This document shows, in pieces, positions 35,207-46,675 of a stretch of 52,669 bases of DNA. How positions within the stretch are numbered: the first letter of the stretch is position 1; each line of letters begins with the position of its first letter. The translations under genes and the position numbers were made by a program. Origin of the DNA: Trichosphaerium sp. ATCC 40318 (taxonomy: Eukaryota > Protista > Tubulinea). Location: contig JALMLS010000445.1 of assembly GCA_038496445.1 (NCBI GenBank), positions 1 through 52,669 of the forward strand. The letters are read 5' to 3'. The notes under the pieces are model-generated. The model searched no databases. It saw only the letters and a list, made by a program, of their open reading frames with translations, and was not told the origin of the DNA.

Positions 35207-36144
35207 ATTAAGAACAAGCACAAGATAGTGCTAATTACATAAATAATCAAAAAACCAACTGCTAGCATTACAATGCAAACAAAATAACACCAACAATCCA
35301 TAAGTATTGTGCGATGATATTCTGCAATTAATTGACCGTTAATATCCCACTGTTTGCTCCATTCACATGTGCCATACCTGTTCATAATTACACATCTAAT
35401 TTGACCGTCACTGTACCATATCTTGTGCTCTCCATGCGGTTTACTTTTAATACAGCTGTATTTTGCTTCTAATTGGCCATTTCTGTGCCATGCTTTATAC
35501 TCTCCTTCCAGCTCCCCATCAACACGACAGTATTCCATGCGCAGCTGTCCATTATCATGCCACCCTTTGAACTCTCCTTCTTGTTTGCCTTTGATGTAAT
35601 AACAATGCATGGTTATTTTGCCATTATCATAAAAACACTTGTATTCTCCTTCAAGAAAACCATCTATGTAGTAACAATGCTGCTGTAAATGATCATTAAA
35701 TTGATTCCACTCTTTGTACTCCCCATGAAGCACATCATGTTTGAAACTACACTCAGCCTAACATATTTTAGTCACAAGAAATAAAGATCACGTGAACACA
35801 GGAAGTCAAAAAGGCAATATTATTTCGCAGCTGCGTTTATGGCCTTAAGTTGAAGTCATTGGTGCTATCACTAGATTGGCGTTTGTAATTTTTTGCTATT
35901 TTACCTTACGATTGTAGTGGATAGAGTACTTATTTCGCTTACTGTCGTAGTAATACAATATTTTGTTTTTTATCCACTTTCCATGTTTTTTTAGTTCATC
36001 GTCAAACCTTGTGGTTGTTGCCGTGTATTTTGATAGAAGAGGCCATTGTACATAAACTGCAAAGTCTAAATCAACTATATCAAGTTGTAGCTCAAGCGGA
36101 AGGTTCAACAGGTGACAATACTTTGATTTCAAAGCACTCATCAT
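35203..36144 (-). CDS. F-box-like / MORN-variant repeat protein with C-terminal membrane anchor
   Basis: Exon 1 HLLNLPLELQLDIVDLDFAVYVQWPLL...HYNRK|gt. Acceptor ttag|GCTGAG at ~35757. Five repeats such as YIDGFLEGEYKCFYDNG. Hydrophobic tail CWCYFVCIVMLAVGFLIIYVISTILCLFLI*. Confidence 0.8.
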
Positions 36145-36691
36145 GATTTCTTATCCTTTGTTGTCTACAGGTTTCAGATACTCTAACTTAACACGTGGGC
36201 AACCTATCTAGCGCTCACTAAAATAAGTCCTATGCTGTATATAGTAAATACGTAGCATGGCATGTATTTGGATAAATTAGATCGTACGCTTACAAGCGTT
36301 GAATACATGTGCAAATTACTTTCAAAGAAAACTATCCAAAGTACAAAAAGGACGTGGTAATATACAGCAAACACTTGGAAGTAGATACCTAACGGCAGGG
36401 AGAGTTTTCGGCAACATTGATGTACTCTTAAGGAATGCTCATCTTGCACAGCTATAACTGTAACTTAAAAAACATGAGCGACTATAGTCACTAGCGTGGA
36501 ATATGTCAAAAGTACTTCTATGCATAGATAGTGCAAAAAAAAACAACGCAACTACCTTAATCATCAGTTGTAGAATCCGAAGATAGCAGTTGAGGGCTCT
36601 TAGAAGCTTTGCAGTGCAGTAAAGCTCCTGGAGGCCAAGTCCAAAGGCAAGCAAAGCTGAATCTTCTACATCAAAGCCTTGAGCCAAGTTC

Positions 36692-36920
36692 GATGGCAGC
36701 CCACCTCAATGAGACTGATATTACCGAGATTATAGCGCATAGCTTGCTCAAAACAACCAAATCAAGATTTAAAGCCTTGTCAAACCTGTTATCTCCTTGC
36801 TTCTATTGTTCACGATATTATTATATACCACGCTAGTACAATTAAAACGATACCTGAAGCAAAATCAGCTGCAAAACATGTAGGTATTCTTAAATACAAC
36901 AAAGGCGTTTCTTTACCCAG
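36692..36920 (+). pseudogene. Truncated, frameshifted N-terminal fragment of the F-box/LRR family
   Basis: TEIIAHSLLKTTKSRFKA/CQTCYLLASIVHDII...KHVGILKY aligns to TEILAHILRQTTKSRFAACQTCHLLASIIHDII...QHQGILRH of 27380-28261. No LRRs follow. Confidence 0.75.
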
Positions 36921-37033
36921 ATGTTATTATCGATGTAGTTTCAAGTATGTTGTGGATAATGAGTGAGACCCGTAATTACTCAACGGACATTGTCACGTGC
37001 TTTATTGTTTATAATTGTAGAGTCATAGGCTGT

Positions 37034-40000
37034 TTAAAGACTTGTACTTGTGTTGTCGTTAATAATGGTAACTGTATCTCTTAGCACAGGATGAAGTGTT
37101 CTCAAGTAAGCAACAACATCATCACGTGTTCCTTCATTTAAAACAAAATCATGTCCGTTACAAGCATGACGTACAAACCAATCATGACACATCATTTCTA
37201 TAATCTCTCCTTCCATGTGCATTGTGTATTCTAGTATCTGTAAAAAGACATCAAGGCATTCAACACCACATTGATGTTTTACAAAGCCTGATAAAACATA
37301 TCCTTTCATTCTTTCGATTTGGTACTTATCACTTAACTTGTAAAGCATCCATAGAGTATCTATATCGTTTAAGGGAATGCTGTCTTTGTATAGATAATCC
37401 AATAAAAGGTTGACGACACCGAGAGGTTCACCAATTTTGATGACATTAGCATTCTTATCTGTTGAGTGATTTGATACCAGAATTTGTTCAAAGAACGGTA
37501 TGCGTGCTACTAAGATAACCTAAAACAATACAATCAGTTATTATATTACAATAGTACGAGCAATCACAGTATTGGCGCTAGATAAAAAGAAAACTCGGAA
37601 AAGTAAACAAACAAAGAAAAAAAAGTTGCAAAAAAAAAAAATGTACCTTGTGACACTTCAGTTCGTTGTCATCACTAGTCTTTAGAATTAAATCCTTTGA
37701 TTCTTCATGCTTGTATAGTCTCTTTAAAGATCTTTTGATACCCTTCGAATTGATAAAGTAGCATCCAGGTTTGGTCCTTTGGATTTCTTTTACGAGCTTA
37801 TTCGTTTTAAGTGATTGTAACAGTTTTATAAATGAAGGTTCGTCATCGTATTGAACTGATTTGCCATAAATACAAGAAATAAGACAATCGAACGCTCTAG
37901 AAGAATGGTCAAGCTTCAGGATGGAATCTTTTTCTCCAGCGTCTACAAACAGCTCAGGCACTTGGCTCTCCACGAATACCTAAAAAAAAGTAAGTTACAC
38001 AATTCCATATTTTGCTTTTTTCTTACCCTGCTGATCTTAAGCGATGACTCTTGGTTTAGTTCGAACTCAAAGTCATTAAGCACTTCATATTTATCTCCTC
38101 TGAGCCTACTAAACTCTGATGGAATGATAGTAGCATCACTTAAATCAGGAAACAAGTACGACTTAAATGACTTTCCAAATCGAGTATCAGGCTTCCCTTT
38201 ACTCTCCTCAGTGTCCTCTTTCAAAAATGTGAGTATTTACATAAAATTAGTACTAGTGAGGTACCTCCACGTCTTGTCTTATAAGCAATTTTCTCAATTA
38301 TGCGAACCAAGGGAAAGTGCAAATCGAACTCTGTTAGCGTGCCGCAAATGAACATTACATTGTATCTTCCTTTATTAATAGTCTTTTTCAAATCTTCAAT
38401 GATGTGTAAGACAATTTCATCAACATCAGATGAACCTTCAATAAAAATAAGCAAACAAAGTTATAGGCATTGATTGAACAACTGATATCGATCAAAAGAA
38501 AGAAAAAAATAGGAATATTCTTGTATTGAAGTCTAAGGGTCCACAATCAAATTAAATTTTCCTTTTTGTTTAATTTATGGGATCAATAAGGCATGTTTTT
38601 AACGTACCTTTGTAGTGTGGAAACATTTTTTGGAATTTAACGAAGTTCTCAGGCATTAACTTTTTGAGAAGATCATATTTTGATAAAGCTACAATGACGC
38701 TGGCATGTGCTAACCCTTTACTGCTAATTTGTTCTGAGAGTAAAAGTTTTGCTTTTTCGTATGAATTTGTTTGTGAATCTTCACACAACAAGTACATGAA
38801 GCTTGAGAGTTAAAGACAAAACAAAAAAAGAAATTCCAATAAAAATACAAGTCACAACACGAAACAACTATGGATTAGTGTCTTGTCTATGCCTTACTTG
38901 AATTCAAAAAAGATACTCGGTTAGTGACACCACATGGCAAATATAATGTACATTTCCAAAGCAATGTAACCATTTTCTCCATTCATTTCGATGACCTTAA
39001 TAAATAAAAACTTAGACCAACTGCAAAAAATAACAAAAGTAGCATAAGCCTTCAACAATGCCACAGCTTATAATAAAAAACTCTAATTTTAATAAACAAA
39101 TACTAAAAGAAAAGTATTATTGAGTACAAAGTAACACGTGATAAGCCTGAGCAACAAATACTTTTAAAACTAAAAAAGACGTACCACCAACATCCAAAAG
39201 ATTAAACTGTTGACCATTAAGGCCTAGGTACTCTTTTTCTACAACCCCTGTTGTCCATATACGTACATTCATAATTTCAGGTATTGTTACTTCCCATCCT
39301 TTAGTTCTTTTTGCAACAGCGTTCAATAAACTTAAAAGAAAAAGGTTAGTAAGAAAGTTCATTTTGTATTCTATTATCAGCTTGTATATCAACGTACATA
39401 GATAAATTATGCATAAGGCTATTGTACACAAGAGATTCTTTAAATGCAGTACATTCATCCATGAAGTCTGAATTGACGAGCCTGTAAAAAATACTATTAA
39501 CTTCTTTCTCAGAAAATTCTTTTTTTTTCTCCTTTCACGTACTTTTTAACAGCATCAAAACAAGATTGCTCCGAGTCGAAATTATAATTGCAATTACACT
39601 TAGGATCGTCTGGATCCGATAGACTCAAAATAAGGGATTGAGTGCTCTAGTTAATTAATTAAACCAAATCAAATACCAGATCTTTAGCAAGTAAGCCGTG
39701 CCTTCTTGCAACGACTAAAATAAGGACTTCGTTTAAATTCCTGTAAGCAATACCATATATGATGTGTAATACCGAAGTTGTAATCTCGTCGGGCTTCTAC
39801 ATCTTCTTGAAGCAATTGTACGCAAAAATGCTTAACAAACGTAGATTTGCCTATTTACGTGACTAAATAAGCTAATAACCGCTTTTATTTCGTGCTAACC
39901 GCTGAATGCCGATCCTGGTGTTTATTAGTTTCAAATTAAATAACTGACGGTGTTTGATACGCCTACCAAGTACTAGAATCGTGATTTCGTCTATCTCTAG

Positions 40001-40093
40001 TTTTTTCGCTTCAATTGCAGCTTTTTTGATAGATTTCAGTTTACTAGCCTTATCCAGCCTGTCTACCGCTTGCTTACATTTTTTGTTACCCAT
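37034..40093 (-). CDS. Atypical heterotrimeric G-protein alpha subunit fused to two BTB/POZ domains
   Basis: MGNKKC. P-loop ILVL|GSAFS|GKST (15-nt micro-exon). VRIWTTGV. LDVG|GHRNEWRKWLHCF. EDSQTNSY. LSKYD. FICGT. In-frame splice KTRRG|EDTEE (38264-38218) into BTB1 (DLSDATII...AFDCLISCIY) and BTB2 (KDLILKTSDDNELKCHK|VILVARIPFF...LLDYLY...LYKLSDKYQI). Apparent indels in helical-domain exons. Confidence 0.78.
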
Positions 40094-40628
40094 TTCTGAC
40101 TTGTTAGCGTTGATACTGAAATAATTAAGATCACAATCTGTTTCACTTAATTGCGTAAATACAGTATATGATTTTTTAGCGCCTAATAAACGTAGAATAC
40201 CGCTTACAGCAAGGTTTACAAGAAACCGTTACAATAAGCTAACACAAGCGTAACGTACGCTAAAAGTAACATACCACTAATTAAAAAGATGGAGCAAATA
40301 AAAAACACAGTTTTTGGCAACATGTTGTACTTTGTACTCCAAAAAAGTTTTTTGAGAAAGAACAATACAGTGTGTGGTCAATGTTCCCAGTTGAAATTTT
40401 GAACACGTGTTGAATTGTAGCACAAAAACAGCTTTTTAAAATTGTGCAATAAAAAAACAAGAAAACAATTTTCAGTAATTTTTGCAATGTGACCCAACTC
40501 CATTACTATTATAAAACATTCCATTTATAGCTTTTATTATTGAATGTCATTCACTAAAACACTGATAAGCTTAACATAGTGGTGTAACAACGTCAAAACC
40601 GCCCCAAAACACCACCAGCGTTGCTGTA

Positions 40629-40704
40629 GGCTTTGTAAACGCCGCCAGGCGTCAAATATGTAAATAAAATTTTTTGCTACGGGTTTGTTAAATCACGTGG
40701 GTTT
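40629..40704 (+). repeat. Dispersed ~75-bp non-coding repeat (partner 21651-21722, inverted)
   Basis: Direct sequence comparison; see partner feature. Confidence 0.85.
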
Positions 40705-40870
40705 GAAATGGTTGGATTCACGTGAGGGTAGATCACATTTAAAAAAATGACAATTTGCAAGATCTGTCAGAAGTGTCAAATCCGTCAGATCTGACAGATC
40801 GGGCAGAAACTGGAGTTTTTTTGCTAAAAGTCAGTCTGTCTCAAAACTTGAATGAAACAGACAATACAAA

Positions 40871-41560
40871 ATGCCTCCAAAAGAACGGATTTCGAAGAAA
40901 TAGAACATGCCACCTACATTTCGAAATGTAGTGCAAACCCTAGGAAATAGCAGCGTGACAAACGTTGTGTTCCACTTTCCATATTTGATTGTAACGTGTT
41001 GGAGAATAATGACGAAAAGGTCAAAGCTCTTTTTGGTATGCGGGTTTTTTACATTTTAGCATCACCATCGCTACAAGGCTGTACGTATCATAACTCACCT
41101 ATATGTACGGTACAATTCCAAGATTTGTATCATGTGCCTCGCACGTGTGTTAGCCCTGCGCATTCGAGATGGTTTCAAGCGATTTTGCATTCCTGAAAAC
41201 TAAATGGTACCATAAGCCCGCAACTAACCTGTAACAGCGTACGCCTGGTTTTTATTTCTCTTCTAGAAAGTACAGGACAGCGCAACACTTTTGGAGTTGG
41301 TATGCTTCAGATTCATTACAAACAAAGAATACTCCAAAGTATGTTAGTAATATTCGAGAACCACGTGATACGACTGAAGATGTTCAATTAATGGTTTCAG
41401 GAACAGTTTTGAGTAAACGCAATTTCGCGTACTAGTTTGGCTATGGCTTTTGCTATGACACCAATTTGTTCCATGTTCTACTGGTTTGAAAATAGCAGAA
41501 TAAAATGGGAAAAAAGAATCTATGTTTTGGAAGCTGGTAGTCGTTTGTCTTTATTGCAAG
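40871..41560 (+). pseudogene. Degenerate intron-containing ORF of unknown function
   Basis: ATG 40871 MPPK/..TDFEEIEHATYISKC..*..NDEKVKALFG|gtatg with in-frame stop, frameshift and several splice-like junctions. Confidence 0.3.
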
Positions 41561-41582
41561 TACACTAATTCATAATATAGAG

Positions 41583-44500
41583 TTACTTTTTACTCTCAAG
41601 CGTAGCAATTCGAGCAAGAAGCTCAGCAATTTCTGTATCTTTTTCTTCTAGTCTTGCATCTTTTTCCTTGATTTTATTTGATAATACTTGTACTTGTAAA
41701 TCATGTGCACTCAGTTGTTTTGGCTTGTTCAAACTTGTAGCTCCCCATAATTGTCTGTACATGTAAGTAAGGAACAAAGTAAAATGGTATCAGCATGTGT
41801 ACCTGTTTTTGAACAAGTTCTCTTCATCGTCTGACAACTCATCATTATCTGAGTCTGCTTCATGTTCTACATCAGTGACATCAGTTGATGTTTTGGTTGC
41901 TTGTGTTTTATTTTTTGGTTTACTCTTTTTTGATTTGGATGTTTTACGTTTGTGCTTTACAACTTTTATTATGTATCGTGCTACAGCTTGAACGTCTAAT
42001 ATGATAACATTAGTATCGGAATAAACAGTGGAATACCTTGTGCCACAACCAACTCATCACGCATTGCCTTATTGACTTTGTCTTCGGCAACAACAATACC
42101 TTTCTTGTCTACAAGTGTGTAGTGACTCTGGTATCCTGGTTTTATTGGTTTACCATAAAAGTTATCATCATCATTAGGCTTTTCTGTAACCTATTACTGC
42201 CAGTAAATAAATAAAATAGCAAAGTCGTTTGTACAGGATATACATTTCCAGGAGTGACTAGACTTAAAACAAGAGTCACTTCTCCATTTCCTGATGTATC
42301 ATATGAGCAAGCATATTCAAGGCTACTCTAAAAACAATACAGGTTAAGAATAAGTTTGAGACGTAGTTTCACATACAGTAAAGTAGATGCCTTGACCATA
42401 ATACCCGCCATCTAAAGAACTCACAGTACCAAATCCAGCTTTTACAATACTCAAAGCGGCTTCAGGAGATGTACCATGAACCATCAATAAAACTGGTGAC
42501 TGAAAACGTGTAAGATGATTAATGTTGAATATTATTACCTGTTCTAAAGTGGAGCTGTTGTTGTTGATTAGAGATTCAAACCTAGCTGCTACAGCTCTCT
42601 TATGACTGTCTTGCTGCCATTCGTCTTTACAAAATAACTTTGGAAGTTCTCTAAATAGTAGTGTAAGCTCCATTTGTTTATAAAGAAACCTGTTAGCGTA
42701 CTGATGTCTGTGTTTCACTATTATATTGTACATCCCAAAGTTACAAGTCAAGACATCATTGCATACAAGAAGTGCTTTTACAACAGTTACTTTATCATAT
42801 CCAGGCATTTTTGATAGTTGTTGATGAAGAAACTCAAGTTCTCTCTTGGCGACAGTGTTGTCATCAAACAGATTTAACGTTCTATAATCTGTTGCTTTCC
42901 CAACAGCCCTGTTTAAAGCGTAAGCTTGCTAGAAAATTATGGAATACTAAACTGACATATTATTAGATCTATCCCAATGATGAGCATACTGTAATCTTGG
43001 ATTTAAGTCCCAGAAGGTTTCACTTTTTAATCCTTGAGTTTCAGCGTGTTAGTATGACACTGTCAAAAGGTGAGCACATACCTGCAAGTGATTTACCAAG
43101 TACAAGATTTACAGAGGTAGGATTAATACCATGTTTGCAATTTTGGCATTCGCACACAAAGGTAACATTTTGTAATTTTTTAAATTTCTATCAATACCTG
43201 TTAATAAACTCAACTAGTACAGAAATTACATGGTTTTGGATATGCTCATCAGCGCAATACTGGCACAAAATCACTGCATCAGAGCTACATGTATAGCACA
43301 CTGAGACTAGATGGAACTTAAGTTGACGTGTTGTAGTACCAAGTTAAAAGAAGTTGCATTGTTTTTGGTACCATCTTGTTTGGATACTTTAAGTGAGTTT
43401 GTACACCATCCTTCTTTTTTACATATCTTAATACAGCTGGTTTGTTTTGGATTGACCCACATATTTTCAGGTAGGTCAAATAGTATGCCTTCCATTAATT
43501 CTCCATGCTCAAACCAAAAGGTCTTTAAAAACAGCTCGTTATTTGAATGTCACAAAATGAACAGTGTCGTACTGAAGATTGTACAACTATGCGATCATAT
43601 GTACATATTAAATAACAAATACCTTTTTGTAATGCAAGTTTAAAATAAGATCGTGTTGGCTGTTGTAATAACAATCAGTTTACAAGCTCTGTGAAAAAAG
43701 AAAGGGCATACCAAGTATTGCAACCATTTTGCAAGATTGAGTCTCCATTGTGGCACTTTGTTCAAAGCGCAAGATAGCCATAGTTGGCGGGATCGTTTAC
43801 CATTTGGGAATACTGTCAAGACAGTTTCAAATACAGAAATGAACAAGGAATCATTATCAACAACACCCAATAGTATCTTTTTAAATATTGTTTGTTGCCA
43901 TACATTTGTATCCAGTGAAATGGCTTTACTCATTTTCAACAACGTAACAACAACAGAACTATAGCCAAAGTACGCTAGGAATGTTACACACTCGTGTGTC
44001 AACAATAAGGTAGCATCATACCTGCATGCTGCAAAGCTGTCCATCCTTCGTTGTCTTTTGCTTCAATATCTGCGTTAGAACCAAGTAATATTTCAACAAC
44101 TTTACTACGCCCACCACGTGCTAAGAAATATAAGTTACAACAAGTTGTACATAAATAGACAACAGTAACACCTGCATAATGGAGAGCTGTCCATCCTTTA
44201 ACATTTTTTGCTTCTATATCTGCATTGAAACCAAGCAATTTTTTAGCAGCTTTACTCCTTCCATTACGTGCTAAAAGACTGGTTTATATTTTGGTGTAAC
44301 AGCAATAAGGTACCTGCAATATGGAGAGCTGTACATTCATTTTTATTTTTAGCTTCAATATCAGCGTTTGATCTAAGCAATATTTCAATAACATGAATGT
44401 GTCCTTTGCTGGCTAAAAAAATATAAGTTACATCAAGTTGTAGCAGTGACAACAGGTTAGTACATGCAAAATGGAGAGGTGTCCATCCTCCCTCATCTTT

Positions 44501-45709
44501 TGCTTCTATATTTGCGTTTGAACCAAGTAACATTTCAACAACCCTACTCTGTCCGAAATTTGCTAAGTTTACAATTATTATACATTGAGTGACACCAAGT
44601 TGTACCTGCATGATGGAGAGCTGTAGCTTCTTCGTTGTCTTTTGCTTCAATACCTGCGTTTGAACCAAATAATACTTCAATGACTTTAATGCGTCCATCA
44701 TTTGCTATAGGCCAAGTTACATCAATTGTACATTGACAACAATAAGGGTACCTGCAACATGGAGAGCTGTCCATCCAGAGTTGTCTTTTGCTTCAATATC
44801 TGCGTTTGAACCAAGTAATACTTCAGCAACTTTACTATGTCCATTTTGTGCTAGTACAAGTTCAATAATTTAAGATTGCTAATAAAGGTACATGAAAGAT
44901 GGAGAGCTGTCCATGCTTTGTTATTTTTTGCCGCAATATCAGTTTTTGAACTGATTAATACTTCAGCAACTTTGCTATGCCCACTCTTTGCTAGAAGAAG
45001 TTACAATAATTTTAAACTGACAACTATAAAGTACCTGCATGGTGGAGAGCTGTCCATCCAGAGTTGTCTTTTGCTTCAATGTCTGCGTTAGAATCAAGTA
45101 ATAATTCAACAACTTCTCTGTCCATCATATGCTAAGTTGTCAATAATTATACATTGACTGACACCAATTTGTACCTGCACGATGCAGAGCTGTCCATCCA
45201 TTTTTAGACTTTACTTCAATATTTACACCTAAACCAAGCAATGTTTCGACGACTTCACAATGTCCTTGATGTGCTAGAGGTACAAGTTACAATTGTATAT
45301 TGATAACAATATAGGTACCTGCACAATGGAGAGGTGTCCATCCTCCATTATCCATATATTCAAAGTTTGCGCCCTTTTGTACACAAATTGTTACAATAAT
45401 AGGCATACCATTCTGTGCTAAAATCCAGTTACATTCACTCGTGGTCAGATGTATACCTGCAAACAATAAAATTGTGTCGCCGAATTGTGTTTTACACAAT
45501 CTGCTGTTTAGCTCCTTTACTACAGATTGTCAAACATCTTAAAAACCATGGTAAGATTAAGCGCACCCGTTGTAATACTTTCATATCGTCCCCTCAGTAT
45601 TGCCAATTCGTCTGCATAACTGTTAAATAGAGCACGTGAAAATATCCTGTTCTTGTTACTAACCTTCTAACGTTAACGCTTCTTCTGTACTTTGTTTTTG
45701 TTCAGACAT
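41583..45709 (-). CDS. Ankyrin / UBR-type zinc finger / PARP-family ADP-ribosyltransferase / coiled-coil protein (copy C)
   Basis: MSEQKQSTEEALTLE start. About 10 ankyrin exons (44022-45420). Zn finger VCYTCSSDAVILCQYCADEHIQNH...FVCECQNC. HGTSPEAA, GQGIYFT, EYACSY, CDELVV. Coiled coil ending ATLESKK*. Confidence 0.85.
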
Positions 45710-46675
45710 CAAGCGGTGTTGTAACGCACGTTGTTTAATAGAAAATATAACCTCAACACTGTTTGTGGTTGTGAATCATGTACTTGTTTTGGTAGTACTC
45801 CGCCTGTCCCACTTCAATCATTGCCCACGTGCGGTTCTGGCACACTGTTCAGCTATCAAGGGCAAAAGAACCCGCCGGAGTTGAAATGGCGCAATGGTGT
45901 ACAAAAGCACAAGACGTTTTTGTAGGGGCGTTCACAATGTACACATCCCATTTAGCACAACATCGCTATAAGGGGCATTTTAACTTATCCTGATGTATCA
46001 GAAAATAGTCTACAACTCATAGTATGAACCGCACCCAAACATTTTTCTTCTCTACGCTGTTGGTACTGTTCAGCGCATTGAAGGTTGTTCGTAGGGATTT
46101 AATAATGTAAAAGACAGTACTACGACTCTAAATAGTACCATGATATCACGAAACGTTTAAAAAGAAACGTGAAATAAAAACTCCGAAGCTCATTTACGTA
46201 CTATAGGATTAATACATAAATCACTACTTTCAATCACGTGGATTCAAAAGCATTAAAATTATCAATTAGAGAACTAGCATTTTTTATGCTGGATAGTAAT
46301 GGCCTAGTAAATCACTCAACAACAATTTCAAGTATACAAATACCTTTACCACAAAACTACTAGTAGAATAAGGTAACACCCAAAAAAAAAAACCTCTTTG
46401 TAAGAAAATAATAAGAATATCGCAATTAGCGAGATAGTGTTGACTGCTAGTATTACTGAGAAGTGTATTTGGGATACGCTGAAATATTAACCCAATTCAA
46501 GGCTGTTCCAGATTCATCATAATCTATCTGTTTCTATTGTGGATGGAGAACAAGGAAAGGGAAACCTATGCCCAATAATATTTGGTCAACCGTTGAGGTT
46601 TGTTGTCGACATCATTAATTACACGTGAGGAAAGAATTAACTTGTAATTTATTTTCTGTCCTAGTACAAGTGTTT

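Noticed and set aside
15021-36144. Endogenous giant-virus insertion
   Set aside because: No capsid, polymerase, packaging ATPase or other viral core gene recognised; virus-like genes are interspersed with intron-rich host genes.
21651-40704. A 19-kb giant transposon bounded by the 75-bp inverted repeats
   Set aside because: No target-site duplication (flanks ttccgt / gaaatg), the repeats are diverged, and the interval holds ordinary intron-rich genes. Kept only as an alternative hypothesis.
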